This document shows positions 11,101 to 25,773 of a stretch of 64,000 nucleotides of DNA, one piece after another. The stretch's first letter is position 1, and each line of letters begins with the position of its first letter. The stretch is taken from assembly GCA_951406725.2 (NCBI GenBank), contig OX597823.1:102920001-102984000 (forward strand), written 5' to 3'. The position numbers and the translations under genes are program-made. A model generated the notes under the pieces. That model had not been told where the DNA came from. It saw only the letters and a program-made list of their open reading frames with translations, and made no database searches. Origin of the DNA: Octopus vulgaris (taxonomy: Eukaryota).

Positions 11101-13969
11101 TATTGAAGTCAACCTCATAAAAAAATTCTAAACTTTTCCTATTTGTTTTTCATTTATTTTATTAATGCTATCATGCCTTTTGCTTCAATTCAGCATATTT
11201 ATATTTTAGCTTTAATTTAGCCCTATATATGCAGCGTGGTTTGACTAATGTTCTTCATTGAACAGACATTTTACTACTTCAAATTACATATTTCTTTACT
11301 GTTTTTAAGTATTGAGCTTCATATTGGTTTTATATTGCTCTAGGCATCTTAAAAACTAACTAATCTATTTATATAGATCCATATACATGTATGTAGCTAT
11401 TATTAAGTGAATATTTCCTAGTTGTGATTTTCAAAAAAAAATATTTTACGATTAAATGTTACACGTATTAGTAATGAGTAAATAAATCTTTTAATATTAG
11501 TTTATGGATGAAGATTAGCAGGAATTTGAGTTTAAAAAATGTGGTTAAAAGAATTTGAAACTAACTGATACTGTATTGCTGAACCAATATTATTATTATT
11601 ATTATTTGCTGCTATATTATTATTAATATTATTATTTGCCTAATATCCACATTAAACTTTGCATTCACACAAAATACAATTTTTCAAATTGATTTGATGA
11701 CTTGTCATTCAGTGAGTTTTATTTATTAAATGGTTTTAATCTTCTTACTGTGAAATTAAATTTCATAGTTATTCCAGTAATGATGTAAAATATCTACCAA
11801 AAAGTATAATTGGTATTTTCTGCAAGTCATGTTGCTTCAATAAACTTGACATACTCAACAGAAATTAGCTTCAAATATGACAGTTCTCAGCAAAAGATAG
11901 ACTGGTATATAAGACTGCCTTCCACAATTAAAGGTAATGAAATTATGAGTAGATATATGTGATTTCTACAATCAAAGTATTAAGCAAGGCAGTTTCAATC
12001 CAAATTCTAATGTATCTTTATCACTTACTAAAATAATTTATAAAAATATCCTATAAATTCTTAGTATTGTTTCAGTTAAGCATTAAGGCAGCACTTTGTC
12101 TATGATTTTGCTCCAGTTGCAAATAGTACGTATGAGGACTGATTTTTGCTTTTTTGTACTACAAGGGTAATTACAATTAGACTGCCATTGGAACTAGGTT
12201 TACCACTTGTGAAAAACAGATCATTTTTGAAGCTACTTCTTGAAATATTTAATGTCTCCCAAATTCTAACTTCCTGTTATGAAATTAAAAGTATTTTTTC
12301 ATGAATTTATTCTGTAAATTTATTACAAAGATGACATATGACTACATATATATCATCAAATAGCTTTGGGTTCAATACTGCTGCAAAGCATACAACTTGG
12401 TCAGCTGTCTTTTGCCATAGTGCCATAACTGCCTAAGTCTTGTAAAACTGGGTACATGGAAACTGCAGAAGCTCATTCAATCGGTTGTATCTGTTCTTAT
12501 GTGGTAAATTTAATTTGCCAACCAGTAATATTGCCACCTGACTACCTACCTTTAATTGAGATACTGGCTCTCTAGTTTGAAGATAACATGAATATCTTGA
12601 TGTACTGCTTCCTCCATGTTCTCCACCAGTCTTGGAGGTCCTGCAAAAGGTACAGGTTACAGGCTCTGCTCTTCATTTTCTGATTAAGCCATAAAAATAT
12701 CATATTGGCTTATATCTTTAGAAAGGCATAAATGTCACACACTCAACAAAAGAGGTACGAGTTATTGTAACATGCATATTACCACAAGATCTGGATCCTT
12801 GTAGCTAGTGAGCCTGTTGCTCAACCTGTGCAGTGTCGTATACTGACTGCACACAGCAATGCTACAGCTTTGAACACCTCAGCTATAACTAGCTCAAAGT
12901 TTTGAGAACATGATTTATAAACAAACATTTTAATAGATTATGATGTAAAGATTCATTTAGCTTTATCACAAATGACTATTTACTTTCACTCCACATCTCA
13001 TAAAACTTTTCCTTTCATTCAGCAACTTCATTGGTGTTGTCTTAGAACCAATTTTTGAATAGTCTTTCATTACTCATAAGCCTGGTTCTTCAGATATTAC
13101 ACTTTTCATACATGAGGTCTCATCATGTTAAGTGTTTAATTAATAAACTTGTATCTCTTTAATTCTCTCTCTCTCTCTCTCTCTCTCGCTATATTGTTTA
13201 TCTTTTAAATTCTTTGATATTATTGTTACTTCATACATACACATCTCTCTCTGTGTCTCTCCCTGTCTGACTATCTCTGTCTTAAATGATTGAGTCAGAG
13301 GTTTAATATGTTGAAGTTTCCTTATTTCACTGAAAGTATATCAAAATCATTCTGACAGTGAGATATTCATGTTAATTTTAAATACTCTTTAAAATAAATA
13401 AATAAAAACACATTTTAAAGATATGGGTATTGGAGGCCAAGAGTATTTTGAGTTTGTATATGGGTTGAGCTATGTATGAAAAGTGTACACACTAATTTGT
13501 TAGGTTGAAAGGTGTAAGGGCAGTAATACAAGATATTGTATACCCTAATATCTGATAGCCTTGTTATGTGAAATGGGTCTACTTGAGTAGATGCTATACT
13601 GTAACATTAAGTATGGTGTCATATTCTGGTACTTGGTCTCTTGAAACAAAATCTATAGTTATTGAATTTCTGTCAACTGCCAACACCTTTGCTTGCAAGT
13701 ATTCAACAATGACCTGTTTATGGTTTACTGTATAATTCATTGAGCATTACTATCTAGGAAACGTAGCTCCTACATCAAAGGTGGGTTTCAGTTGGTGATT
13801 TAATTCATAAATTATGTTGAGATGAAAATTTATCTTATTTTGATATGAACAATAGGATACCATTGACTTTATTCATCTTGATATTTATGAAACACAAGTT
13901 CGTCACACACCCGGTTCTTGTTGTCCAGATATGCCACTCTCTCATTATAGACATGCTCTTTTATCATCT

Positions 13970-14253
13970 ATGTGATAAACTTGCACTCCATCAGTTACGA
14001 AGACAAGCATTCCAGTTGATCCGATCAATGAATTAGCCTGCTTGTGAAATTAACGTGCAAGTGGCTGAGCACTCCTCAGACATGTATACACCCTTAATGT
14101 GGTTCTCAGGGAGATTCACGGTGACACAGAATGTGAATTACATGTACAGAGCAACATGAAATACAGTATCTTGCTGAAGGATACAACATGCCGCTGGGAA
14201 TCACTCATGACCGTACAATCGTAAGCCAAATACTCTGCCCACTACATCATGTG
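13970..14253 (-). mobile_element. SINE-like repeat
   Basis: Decayed tRNA-like head at the right end on the minus strand; related sequence at about 49340-49520. Confidence 0.55.
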
Positions 14254-14328
14254 GTTGTCATGTGATATTACTTGATTCAATTGCAGAAGTAGTTCTAAAA
14301 TTGAAATTTGGTGTCTTGTTAAACCAAT

Positions 14329-14655
14329 GAGACGTCTGCATTGACTGGGTCATGCCCTCCGTCGTCAACCAGGAGAATTCATCTACGAAGCAATTGCCCC
14401 AGCTCCCCTTCATGGCGAAAGCGATGTGGTGGACAATGAAAAACCTGGCTGATGACAGTCAAGGCTGATCTGGAACCCAACATAGGCCCCCATATCTACA
14501 GCATTCGCCATTGGAATAAGGAGTGGTTGGAGATCACGCGGTCGTTAGCCTCAAATCGCCAGGTCTGGTCGGCGTTTGTGAGAGATGCAGCACTGAGGAT
14601 GAATGAAGCCAGCTCAACTCACCCCGGGTGAATGCTGTTTCAAACAAACAAACTA
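14329..14655 (+). mobile_element. 3' fragment of an RTE-clade LINE
   Basis: Translates, with lesions, to RRLH*LGHALRR...KTWLMTVKADLEP...SLASNRQVWSAFVRDA, followed by a (CAAA)n tail. Confidence 0.75.
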
Positions 14656-15061
14656 AAAAAACCTTATAGGCCATATCTTGAGGCACTATCTGCTTTTACC
14701 ACTAAGATAAAATACAATCTTAAAAGGTGTTTTTATTGTAGTGAACTGTATTAGGCTGCCTATGGTTGTCTTTATTACTAGAACAAGCAAAACAGTTTAT
14801 TATATATTTGTGATGGTAATGAAAAAGACATAGATCAACTAAATGGTGGAATTCTTGGCATAATTCTCTTTTATACCCTCAAACCATTGGAGAGTTCTGA
14901 AGTTAAGAACCAAGATTTTCAGTTAGTATATGTGCCTGGAGCGACTGAGTATTTAATAAATTTAATCTCATAAATAGGTATTAGTGTGTAATTGAAAGGG
15001 AATTTTGGAAAACTGTTAGATTTAGTGAAATGAAGATGATCAGAATATGAAATTAGTTTAA

Positions 15062-16118
15062 CCCTTTCGTTACTATATTTCTGACCAAAATACACCCCTT
15101 ATGTGTTTCAATTAATTTCTAACGTAATCATAAATTTAGTCTGGTTTCATTAAACAACTATAACTTTTTTATTTATCAATATATTAACGTGAATTTAGGA
15201 AGATAATTTTATGAAATGTTCTCAACCAATTCTATACTATAATTTTTGTCACAAAGTGACTCTAATTGCAGGTAGATACAGGTAAATTCAACAAAATATA
15301 AAATTATTAAAATTTTGTTCAAACATCGCTATAGAAAATGGGTTATTAGCTAATATTCAATTGGGTATACAACAAAATTTTATGATAGAATTTGTTATTC
15401 TGGGTAACTTTCTGATACCATTAATAATATTTATGGCAAAATAGTCTTAATTTCATTTAAGGTTATGGGAAACCACTTTCTTTCGTTTTGTTTACATTTA
15501 GCGTAACGGTTCGTTTCCGCCGTAATGATTTCAAATAGGCTCATTCGAAAAAGTAAAAAGAAATAGTCTAAGGCTTTACTCTCCTCGGAAAGTCTCTGGC
15601 TTGGTCCAGTTTCTTCAGAAAAATCACCGAAAGAAACAGTTTTTAAATTTTCACTCCATTCAGGTGCCAATTCATTTTCTTTATCGCTGTCGGAGCTCTC
15701 GGATTCACTGTTTTCACTTTCGGAAAATGAAACATCAGATTCATTATCAAATACCACATGGTTTTTTTTCTCAGTCATAGAGTTAGATTTATGAAGGTGT
15801 TCAGTAGAAAAGCCTTCGAATTCTGACTCGCTGCTTGATATATTGAAATTCGTATCCATTTTTTGTCAGAATTACAAATTTTGAAAACACAATAGGAACA
15901 AATTTCGGAAAAAAATATCCCAAAATTCACGGAATTAAAATTACACTTCGATTTTTGTACAAAACTGTAGTTGAAGTCTTTACAAAGTATAATACTTGTT
16001 TTCACGAATGTACTAAAGAGATTTGCTCTGATATTCTCATTTAAATATGAATAGGTAAATACGGGCGGCTTGGTCACATTAACCAAAAATTTTTTCGGCC
16101 GGTTTGGTAATGAAAGGG
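15062..16118 (-). mobile_element. piggyBac internal-deletion derivative, copy 2
   Basis: TTAA TSD and the same TIRs; highly similar to 5502-6818; truncated transposase ORF 15431-15859. Confidence 0.92.
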
Positions 16119-19100
16119 TTAATTTGGCTGTGTATAGTCAGGTTTGTACTCCACTGGTTCATTATTTAAGAAAAACTAGTGATGGTCTGTTTTGGCAAAA
16201 ATAGTTCATAAAATTGTTTTTATACTGTAAGAATATTTTACAAGAAGGTTTATTTTAATGTAAATTGGTTGTAGATAATTGACCTAAACTTAGAGTATTC
16301 AGAATAGTTATGTTTCTCTGTTTGCAGTTCCATAAAATCTCACAAATAAAAGTATTCTGAAGATAAATTACTTGAATGTCATTCGCCCCAAAACAATAGT
16401 GAATGTTAACATTTAATGCAAACAAGCATCAAATAGTTAACTAGAGTTATAAACAACTATTAGCGAAGAGCTATTATTTTAATCATTTCTGCAAGTGCAG
16501 TAAACAACTCTGAGAATGTTTGAGTCCTATTCTGACCTCATCAGCAAAACTTAGATTTTACTGTACTTCCTGGAATAAGGATGGGAAGAATCACTGTATG
16601 GATAAGATTGTGCATGGGTTGTCCTAGAAAAGTTGAATTGTTTAGAAAATAAAATATTTGGAGGCTGCCCAAAAGAAAAGCAGTACTTGATTTGATGCAA
16701 ACGTATTAAAATTGTAAGTAATATTAAAAATTTAAAATGAGAAATAATTATTTAACAGAGGGTAAAAAGCAGTGTAAAAAGTCAATGACTAATAAACATG
16801 ATGCAAATGGAATTTAGGTATTTTATGTTCTGAATAAGTTTTCTTCTTTATTTCTCATCACCTAATTATTTTTTGTTAACATATTTAATGCAATGGATAT
16901 TAAAAAGTTAACACTACCTTGAACATACCCAAGATTTTGATTTATGCTGTAGAGATAAATGGGATTTAACTATTATTATATCTGCCATCTGATTAATTAT
17001 TCTGTCTTGATTCTGGAGAGTGTAGAAATAATAATTAGAATGAAGTGTTTGGGCTTGGAAGCAGATGTAGTATAAATGAATAACTTTTTTGTTTGTATGA
17101 ACTCTCCTGTCCCTTGGAGGTGTGTTTTGGCTTTAAATGAAAGTATGATGAATAAATTTTTGTTTTGCAAGATTCTTGATGTGAAAATGTGCATTGAAAC
17201 AGCTATTGTTATATTTGGGGATGGTAAAAGACGAACATCCCCAAATAGACTTTTGATATTATAGAGTATATGCTTCCTGTGCTGGCACCACATAAATAAA
17301 GCACCCATAGAAAGCTGCTGTATTGCAGGAACATCATGCCAACATAGAAAATAGAAATGTAAAAAACAATATGTATGATGACAGTTAGATTAATTCTTTA
17401 TTTAGATTTTAGTGTATTATTGAAATTTATATTAACTTTTGTTTGAATATTATATGATTATGTGTGAGTTGCTGTTTTCCAAAGTTATGAGTTTAACATA
17501 GATGCATCAGTGTGAATAAGCTGAGTTGACTAAGTATTTTTTATAATAATTACAGTAACCACATTTTCATTTTTATTTAATGTGATTACTTTAATGGGAT
17601 TTTTCATCTCATGCAAAAAATGGATCCATTTTCTTATTTTTGAAATTTTAGATCAACCAATGTGATTTACATAAACAGGGAATAAATAGTTCAACATACA
17701 AACCTACTTTCTTGGGAACTTTCAGTCTAAAAAAAATAAAATTTTATTCTTCAATTTGCTTAAATTATTAGCAGTTTATCCTTTCTATCTCCCAATGTTA
17801 TCTTTCTTTGTGTTTTTAAATGGTAATGATAAAGCTAAGAAAAAAACCTACAACCTACATACTCAGCTCAATTTCTACAAGTACAAAAAGCTTCAAGGTC
17901 TTGCATATTAGAGATGAAATTGGTGTTAGGAGATCAAAATTAGTGAATACTGATTGGAATGGTGTGCCGAAAATGTCAGTTAATACAGGAACACACACAC
18001 ATACAAGCACACTTAATGATATAAGTTGTCAAATATTTTAAACTAAAATCTAAATATTTGCATGATCATGTAATTGAAACCTTAAAATTTTAATCTGTTG
18101 AGACTTTAAGCTAGTGATTCACAACCTTTTTTTACTTTGTGGCTCACTGGAGATCAAACATTTCTAGTGATATTCACATGGAAAGGTTTATTTATTTTGT
18201 TTTAGAGTTCATATTAGAAAAATATTACTTATCTTTTTTTATTAATTATATTAGTGCATAACAAAATCATGAATAACAGTTATCAAGTTATTAAGTGTAG
18301 ATTTTCTAAAACCTCTAATTTTATTTTAAAAAAATCTGGGGTGCATTTAGCTATCTTTTGCAATGCACCAGTGTGCTGCACTGCACCATTTGAAAACATC
18401 TGTTTGAAGCTATTGTAGCTTCAAATTTTTCACTTGTTTTAGATACAAAATTATTGTAATGTTGAATTCAAGGTATTTTTTAAAACACAATTTTTATTTT
18501 TTTTATTGACATTGTTTTGAATATATTTCTATAATTATCTCTGTATCACCTGAAACATTACTCCCAAGCTCTATCCCTGTCTTTTCAAGATCCCTGTTTA
18601 CAAATGTATGCAAAACAAACTTCTGAATTTTTAAGCTTACTCCATTAATCTTAATAGCATATGAAGTGGTCATATCCTTCCCAAATATTCTACCTGTTTT
18701 ATCTTCAAGCCTGCCATGTCCAGCCTCTTGTTTCCACATCGTTCCAAAAATTTCAAAATCAAGAAGATACAAAATAAATCATGCTTAATTCAAAGCATTA
18801 TGAATAATAAGCATTGCATTTGGCAGTAATCTGAATGTTGAAGGATTAAAGTTTCCATTATGTTACCTTTTCTCTCCAACAATATTCCAGTACAACTGTG
18901 TCCCTGTAGGCTTCAGGCAACAATCATTATTTACTGAGAAAAATTTCTTATCTTTCCCAACTTCAGTTTCTCTCTTTCTTTCTCTATCTCATTCTTTTTA
19001 TTTTCCTCTTTTCTTTTTCATTCTACAAACCCACCCTAAATATCAGACAATTAAATGTAAGAGAGTCAAAGAAAACCATGATAAAAGGAAAAGGGATTTG

Positions 19101-20414
19101 TTATAGGAATGCTGTTGTAGTATCAGGTTTGTTTGTAGTCTGTGGATATAAGTCAGGCTTGACTGTTAAAACCTGAACTTCATCAATTGAAAGAAAACAA
19201 AAATGTATTCTACTATGATACCTGGTGAGGTGTGGTCTGTGAATCCTTTCTGTCATCATCCATACTCTTCACTGTATTACCTAATATATCTGGACCTGAT
19301 TGAATTATCGGTAAAACATAGTGTTAATAAACACATGCACTGTCTAAATGAATGATCCGTTCTAGCACAAAATATATTTCATGGTTTAATGTTTTATTTG
19401 TATTGGAAATAATGTATTTGAGTGTTTTGAATTGTTTGTTTTATGCTTTAAAAGACGGGAGTTCCAAAGGTTTGTCATATGTAAGGTAAACTAGATTGCA
19501 TATTTGGACCAAGGTTTTGTTCAGTCAGCTTTATTGTTGACAATAGTTATTAAGGGATGAAGAATGGTTTTCTTTTCAATTTGTTGATGAGTGGGGGTCA
19601 ATTTTAAAGCTGCTTGCATGAAATCTCTAGTTCCAAATAAATAACCTGTTTAACTTACATGTTGCAAGGTAAAGTCTGGAATCCAAGGAAACTTTTCATT
19701 CTTTATGGCAATTATACTCATTAACATTTCACAGAATCTCTCTTTATCATGTTTATATTATTGCTTCAGTTTTTGTAGTGAAAATACTCTTTCTGTTTTT
19801 CAAAAATTTAGATGAATGTTTGTTTAGCTTTTCATAAACTATTTAAAGTGTGATGTAGTGTTTGCTCACCCTATTGACAGAGACTCTCAATGAGCTTAAG
19901 CTCAGTTGCTAGTAAAGCAATTTTGTTTTACTATTTCTTTGTATTGATTATTTCCTGTTATAGTCAGTAAACAGGACTAGGCATTGGTAGAATCTTCTAG
20001 ACTAACTTGCTTCATCTGATACACACACTACATAAAACTATTAGTGCTGACTGAAAGGCCAAACTAGTGAAAGGCATGGGTAAACTTGTTTATTTCCCGT
20101 AGTTTTTAAAACTGGAAGTCAGATTATCAGTGGATTGTTGTTTCACATTAGCCATTCAAAATAATTCCCTAATTACAGCTGAATTAGTTTATGGAGGTCC
20201 ACACCCAGTGTTGCTGAAGTCCCTGTCTGTTCTAACCGATCTATTAAACTTGGTGCCTCATTGTTTTAAACCATAGTTATATTTATTGTCGATTGAATTA
20301 ACAATCAAGAAGCTAGAGGAGATGGTGTTGGGAATTCATTTGAGCAAAGATCATAAGTCAAGAGTTGGTCTTCCTTATGGACTACTGGCTACAGTAGGTG
20401 TTACAAGTCTATAC

Positions 20415-20640
20415 GGCGAGCTGGCAGAAACGTTAGCACGCCGGGCGAAATGCATAGCCGTATTTCGTCTGCCATTACATTCTGAGTTCAAATTCCGCCA
20501 AGGTCGACTTTGCCTTTCGTCCTTTCGGGGTCGATAAATTAAGTACCAGTTACGCACTGGGGTCAATGTAATCGACTTAATCCTTTTGTTTGTCCTTGTT
20601 TGTCCCCTCTATGTTCAGCCCCTTGTGGGCAATAAAGAAA
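20415..20640 (+). mobile_element. tRNA-derived SINE, full length with TSD
   Basis: A-box-like GAGCTGGCAGAA, B-box GAGTTCAAATTCC and core GCCTTTCGTCCTTTCGGGGTCGATAAATTAAGTACCAG. 14-bp TSD TAGGTGTTACAAGT (20395-20408 and 20641-20654). Further copies at about 20760-21180, 28230-28420, 45580-45805 and 59410-59740. Confidence 0.88.
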
Positions 20641-22235
20641 TAGGTGTTACAAGTGTTATATTTTATCAGATTCTTTAGTTATTTTGTTGCTATCTTCTGG
20701 CTATTGAGTTAACTAGAAGAAGTTATTGTTAAGGCAGCCAAAAAAGAAATGATTAACGACATTTCTTCCAGTTTTACATTGAGTTCAAGTTCTGCAAAGG
20801 TCGACTTTACTACCTCATCCTTTCAGGGTCAATAAATTAAGTACCAGTGAAGCACTGGGGTCAATGTAATCAACTAGTCCCTTCCCTAAAAATTTCAGGC
20901 TTTGTGGCTTTAATAGAAAGGATTATTTTTATTATCACTGGTGGTGAGCTGGCAGAATTGTTAGCACACCAGTCAAAATATTTAACAGTATTTCGTCCAT
21001 CTTTATGTTCTGTGTTCAAATTCCGCTGAGGTCGACTTTGCCTTTTATCCTTTCAGAGGTTGGTGGAATAAGTACCAGTTACATACTAGGGTCAATATAA
21101 TCAACTAGTCCTACCCCCCAAAAATTTCAGGCCTTGTACCAATAGCAGAAAGGATTATTATTATTATTATTACTGTTATTATTATGAAGGCTGTATATTG
21201 TTTTGCTATTCATATTTGGTAATAGTCTCTCTGTGCTACCACATAATCCCCAAACTGATTCTTTGTATTTTTTGCACCATATGACAATATCGTCATTGTT
21301 TTACATCTGTTTTCCCATGATGACATGATTTGGACAGGCTTCAACAGCTTCTCACCACTCATTGCTCTTCTTCATCTGACACAGACGAAAAAAAAAATCC
21401 AATTTCTGTTCCTTTAAATGGCATAGTTTTTATGGCTGATTATCCTTCACAGTTGGCTATGATGATGGACTGATAGAAGCTTTGATAATCTTAAATTTCC
21501 TTATCAAACCTATAGTTTCATGTCTTAATGAAATATTGAGGTTGAAATTAATAGAATATTAATAATGGTGTCAGAGGATGTAAACATTTTGGACGGCCAG
21601 TTTTGGGTCATGTTGTCTCTTTTTTAATATACTTTGTTCTGCACACCTTGGATTACTTAAATGTCAGGTATGCATAACAAATCTTATTACCTATGACAGA
21701 TTGGAATCTTAGCCAAGAAAAGATTTCTTTTTCACTTGCTTCTTGCTATCGACACTGGCATTGGCTTAAGTTCCCTGATTCTGCTGCTACTATTATAGCT
21801 GAAATGACTGAATAAGATGTCAGATAGTTATTGACTTGTGGATTTTAAATTCAATATCATTGTGAGATTTGTCTGTGGGCAAGACAGTGCCCACTGTCTT
21901 TGGTATACCAAATTTTCCGGCATACAAGTTGATGTAGTATTTAGTGTAAACATGTGTAAAAAATTCAAACATTGTCCCTGTCTTTCCAAATCCTGTTACA
22001 TTTCATATGGAATGTTTGATCTTCCAAAGCCATCTTGGTATATAAGTTGACCTGTCCTTTTGTTCTGAAAATTTGATTTGTATGCTGGAAAATATGACAA
22101 ACAGATTCAGAGCTTTTCTGGAAAATTTAGCTACTGTGTTTCCTCTCCAAAGTAAGATTTATCTTCCATTTGCTTACTGCTATAAAAGCTGAAGTTAAGC
22201 ACTATCTTTTGGGACTTTAGAATTTTATTAAAGAA

Positions 22236-22604
22236 CTAGCAGTATCGCCCGGCATTGCCCGCTTTTGTTTCCACCCTTTAGAATTAGAATTTTTGAAAAG
22301 TGAAAATTTTGCATTATGTAGCTTTTCTGGTTGAAATACACCGAAAAATGGTGACACAGCAGTCAAAAAATCGTAAAAAAATAGGAATTTTCAAAGAAAA
22401 AAAGCACCTTTTTGATGTAAATAATTTTTGGTGTTAACATGGTCCGATTTGAATTTTTTCTTCTACGGAATGAAGAGCAAGCCTTTTTCTATCATGCTTT
22501 CAATTTTGGTTAACTTATGCCGCAGGGTCTCGGAGGAGATAGTGTTAGTTGAAGGCTACCAAACCTGCCATACACAGACAACTTCAGCTTTATAGATATA
22601 GAGA
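22236..22604 (-). mobile_element. Non-autonomous Helitron
   Basis: Minus strand A|TCTCTATATCTATAAAG...GC-rich subterminal hairpin-like CGGGCAATGCCGGG...CTAG|T; no TSD. Confidence 0.78.
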
Positions 22605-22984
22605 TTGGTTGAAATATTTTATAGTATTTAGTAACGAGTTTTTACGTTCTAAGTCCAAATCCCACTGATGTTGAATTTGCTTTGCATCCTTCCTGGGTGA
22701 TAAAATAGGTACCACTCAAGTACTTGGGTCAGATAAATCTGAGAGAGTATAGCCAAATAAGTTGGCTATACTCCTATGATCATTGTTTTGGTCTTGTGCC
22801 CCTGTTAGACACTATTATTATTAAGATGTTTAATTATCTAAGTGGTTCCTCAAACAAAGTATTAGCTTCTGTGCTAAGTTGTTTTGTAGAAATAAGAAAT
22901 AAAATATAACTGTATAAATGACATATACATGTATGGTAACAACAGTATTGAATATCTACAATTTTTCTCATGTCAATGCAAGTG

Positions 22985-23350
22985 GAGTGGCTGTGTGGTA
23001 AGAAACTTGCTTCCCAACCACATGATTCCAGGTTCAGTCCCACTGCATGGCCTCTTGTGCAAGTATCTTCTCCTATAGCCTTGGGCTGACCAAAGCCTTA
23101 TGAGTGGATTTTCGGTACTAGGAAACTGAAAGAAGCCTGTTGTGTATATGTATATATATATATATGTGTGTATGTATGTATTTGTGTCTGTTTGTGTGTC
23201 CCTGCCATCGCTTGGCAACCAATGTTGGTGTATTTATGTCCCTGTAACTTAGCGGTTTGGCAAAAGAGACCGATAGAATAAGTACTAGGCTTACAAAGAA
23301 TAAGTCCTGGGGTCGATGTGTTCAACAAATGACTGAAATGAGTAAAAGAA
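22985..23350 (+). mobile_element. Second tRNA-derived SINE family
   Basis: GTGGCTGTGTGG A-box, GGTTCAGTCCC B-box and an internal (TA/TG) tract. Partial relatives at about 34190-34330 and 38130-38340 (reverse). Confidence 0.75.
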
Positions 23351-23948
23351 TATGATTGGTTTGTGATTTAGTATAATTTGGAACACTGAAAATACAAAAT
23401 GTGTTATTTTATGTTAAAGAATTCTAAGTATTCCAGTATAAAATTTATTTTAGAGCTTTTATATAACAAGCCCTTAGTATGGTAAGCTCTTTTTTTCTTT
23501 TTAAATCTTTTCAATTATTGTGAAACATTTTATGTAGTTAGAATTGATAACAAGTTTTTAAAAAACATTCTGGTTTAAGCTTCTAATCCATCAAAATAAA
23601 ATAAAATTTATCTGATAAGTATTTTATTTCCATATTGTATAATTTTGAAGCTATTTTTCGTACCTTTTATAAATGCCAAAAATATAAATTAGTAAGATTC
23701 GCTGAAATAGCAATTGAAGCCATTTTATTTCAATCTACTTCCTTGGAATCCTGTTCTGATGCCACTTGAAATTATGTTTATATATTTGGTGCTCTTTTTT
23801 TTACATTTTGTTTTGAGGGCTGTTTTATTTTATTTTTTCCCCCTTTTAGTAAATGTCTATTTGCCAAATAAGTATTGCATGCTGCAGTTACTGTCAACAT
23901 TGTTTTATTGTTCCCTTTTTTTTTTTTATGCTCTACTTCATGTTGCAG

Positions 23949-24022
23949 GCGTAGAAGACACAGAGAGGAGTTTGAATCACCAAGAGTAAAGAGATCTCGT
24001 ATGGACTATGACAATAGGAATA
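23949..24022 (+). CDS. YTHDC1: YTHDC1 exon
   Basis: ttgcag| ... |gtaagt. RRRHREEFESPRVKRSRMDYDNRN, resembling vertebrate RRRPEDYD...KKPRIDY; phase 2 to 1. Confidence 0.88.
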
Positions 24023-25553
24023 GTAAGTATCAGCAGGAAATTTTATTCAGTCGGGTTTGTATAACTTAATTTGGAAATGTTCATTATTGTACATCAACAT
24101 CAAAATAAATATCAAATGGAAATTGTAGTTGTGATACCTGTTCCGGTGGCACGTGAAAAGCACCATCTGAACGTGGCCGTTGCCAGCACCGCCTTGACTG
24201 GCTTCTGTGCTGGTGGCACTTAAAAAGCACCAACCGATTGTGGCTGCTGCCAGCCTCCCCTGGCATGTAAAAAGCACCCGCTACAGTCACGGAGTGGTTA
24301 GTATTAGGAAGGGCATCCAGCTGTAGAAACACTGCCAGATCAGACTGGAGCCTGGTGCAGCCGCCTGGCTTCCCAGACTCCAGTCGAACCATCCAACCCA
24401 TGCTAGCACGGAAAACGGATGTTAAATGATGATGATAAGAATATAGTTCTAGATCCACATAAAATTATGGTGATAAAAGCTGGGATGTCTTTGATCATAG
24501 ACTTGCTTGAACCTTGTTGAGTTGTGACTAAACAACAATTATAGTAATTCAATATACACCAACAGCTTCATTTTTTTTCTTTTTTTTTTTTCTCATTCCA
24601 TAACTGTTCTGTATGTTGTTCACATCACTTACTGTTGCATGTTGGGATGATGAATTTATAATCAAATTTTATATTTTCCCCTTTGAAAGATCATGTTAGT
24701 GAATGGGCAATTGTTACATTATGTCTTTCCATACTTGATTCAAATCAATGTAAGATTACTTAGCTAGTTTACAGATAAGATATATTCAAAGCAGACACTT
24801 AGTCATGTAATTACTAAGGGATGCAAATTGTGTGTTCATATACTGCCTGTTTACCTCATCCCCCACTTTTGTAATGTTTTGACACATGGTTTTCTTTACT
24901 GGCACGACATACTGGCAAGTCACACAAAAACTTACCTGTACATGTGATCAGGTTTGATCCTATTTTGCAGCTCTTCATCTACTTAGCAACTTTGAGTAAA
25001 TTTATGTAGATGGAAACTGTGAAACCCATTGGATTAAGTGTACCAGCTCTTGTTAGTAAATTGAATTTGTCACCTAGTTTAACACCATCATCGTCAAACC
25101 CTTAGTGGACCCTGTTGCAAGCATTTAAACGAGGTTCCTAGTCTCAAGGTTTATCAGTGAGTGATGGTTTCTTCCTCTCTTCTCTGAACAGTTTTGGAGA
25201 CTCTGCAAAATATCATTGGTATTGCCTTGCCTCCTCCAATAGGAAAAAAATTTTATTTCAAAATAAACTTTACACATGACTGAATAATAATGACATACCC
25301 CCTTTCTTTTTTTCATCACATGTTGTTTGGTATTATGAAAGGAACTCAACCACAAAATGTCCTGTCAAACAATATATCTATCAAAATGTATTAAATTCTA
25401 GTGTTCAGTTTCCTTAAAAAATTTTTTTCTTTTAAAACCCACTATTTCTATATGATGAAAGTTGCATTTTAACTGATTTGTGCCAACTACCTCTGGATAT
25501 GGAAAGCACTCTCACTTAAATGTATTATTAAAAGATACCTTAGTTTCTCTTAA

Positions 25554-25773
25554 CCCTTTTTATACCAACCCGGCTGAAACCGGCTCTGGCTCTGAGTACA
25601 AATGTCTTGTTTTCATAAGTTTTGAATTAAAATCTCCCACCAAACTTTAGTCACAATTTATGTTCCTAACACTAGCTGAATGATAACTAAGTTATTTTAC
25701 TAAATTCTTTGTTATATTTAAAATAATTGAAAGAAACACAGAGCATCTCAACAGAAATACAGTAATGAAAGGA
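25554..25773. mobile_element. piggyBac MITE (same family as 49053-49266)
   Basis: Near-identical internal sequence, TTAA flanks, slightly decayed TIRs. Confidence 0.87.

Noticed and set aside
20415-20500. tRNA gene
   Set aside because: The A/B boxes belong to multi-copy SINE heads; no convincing cloverleaf.
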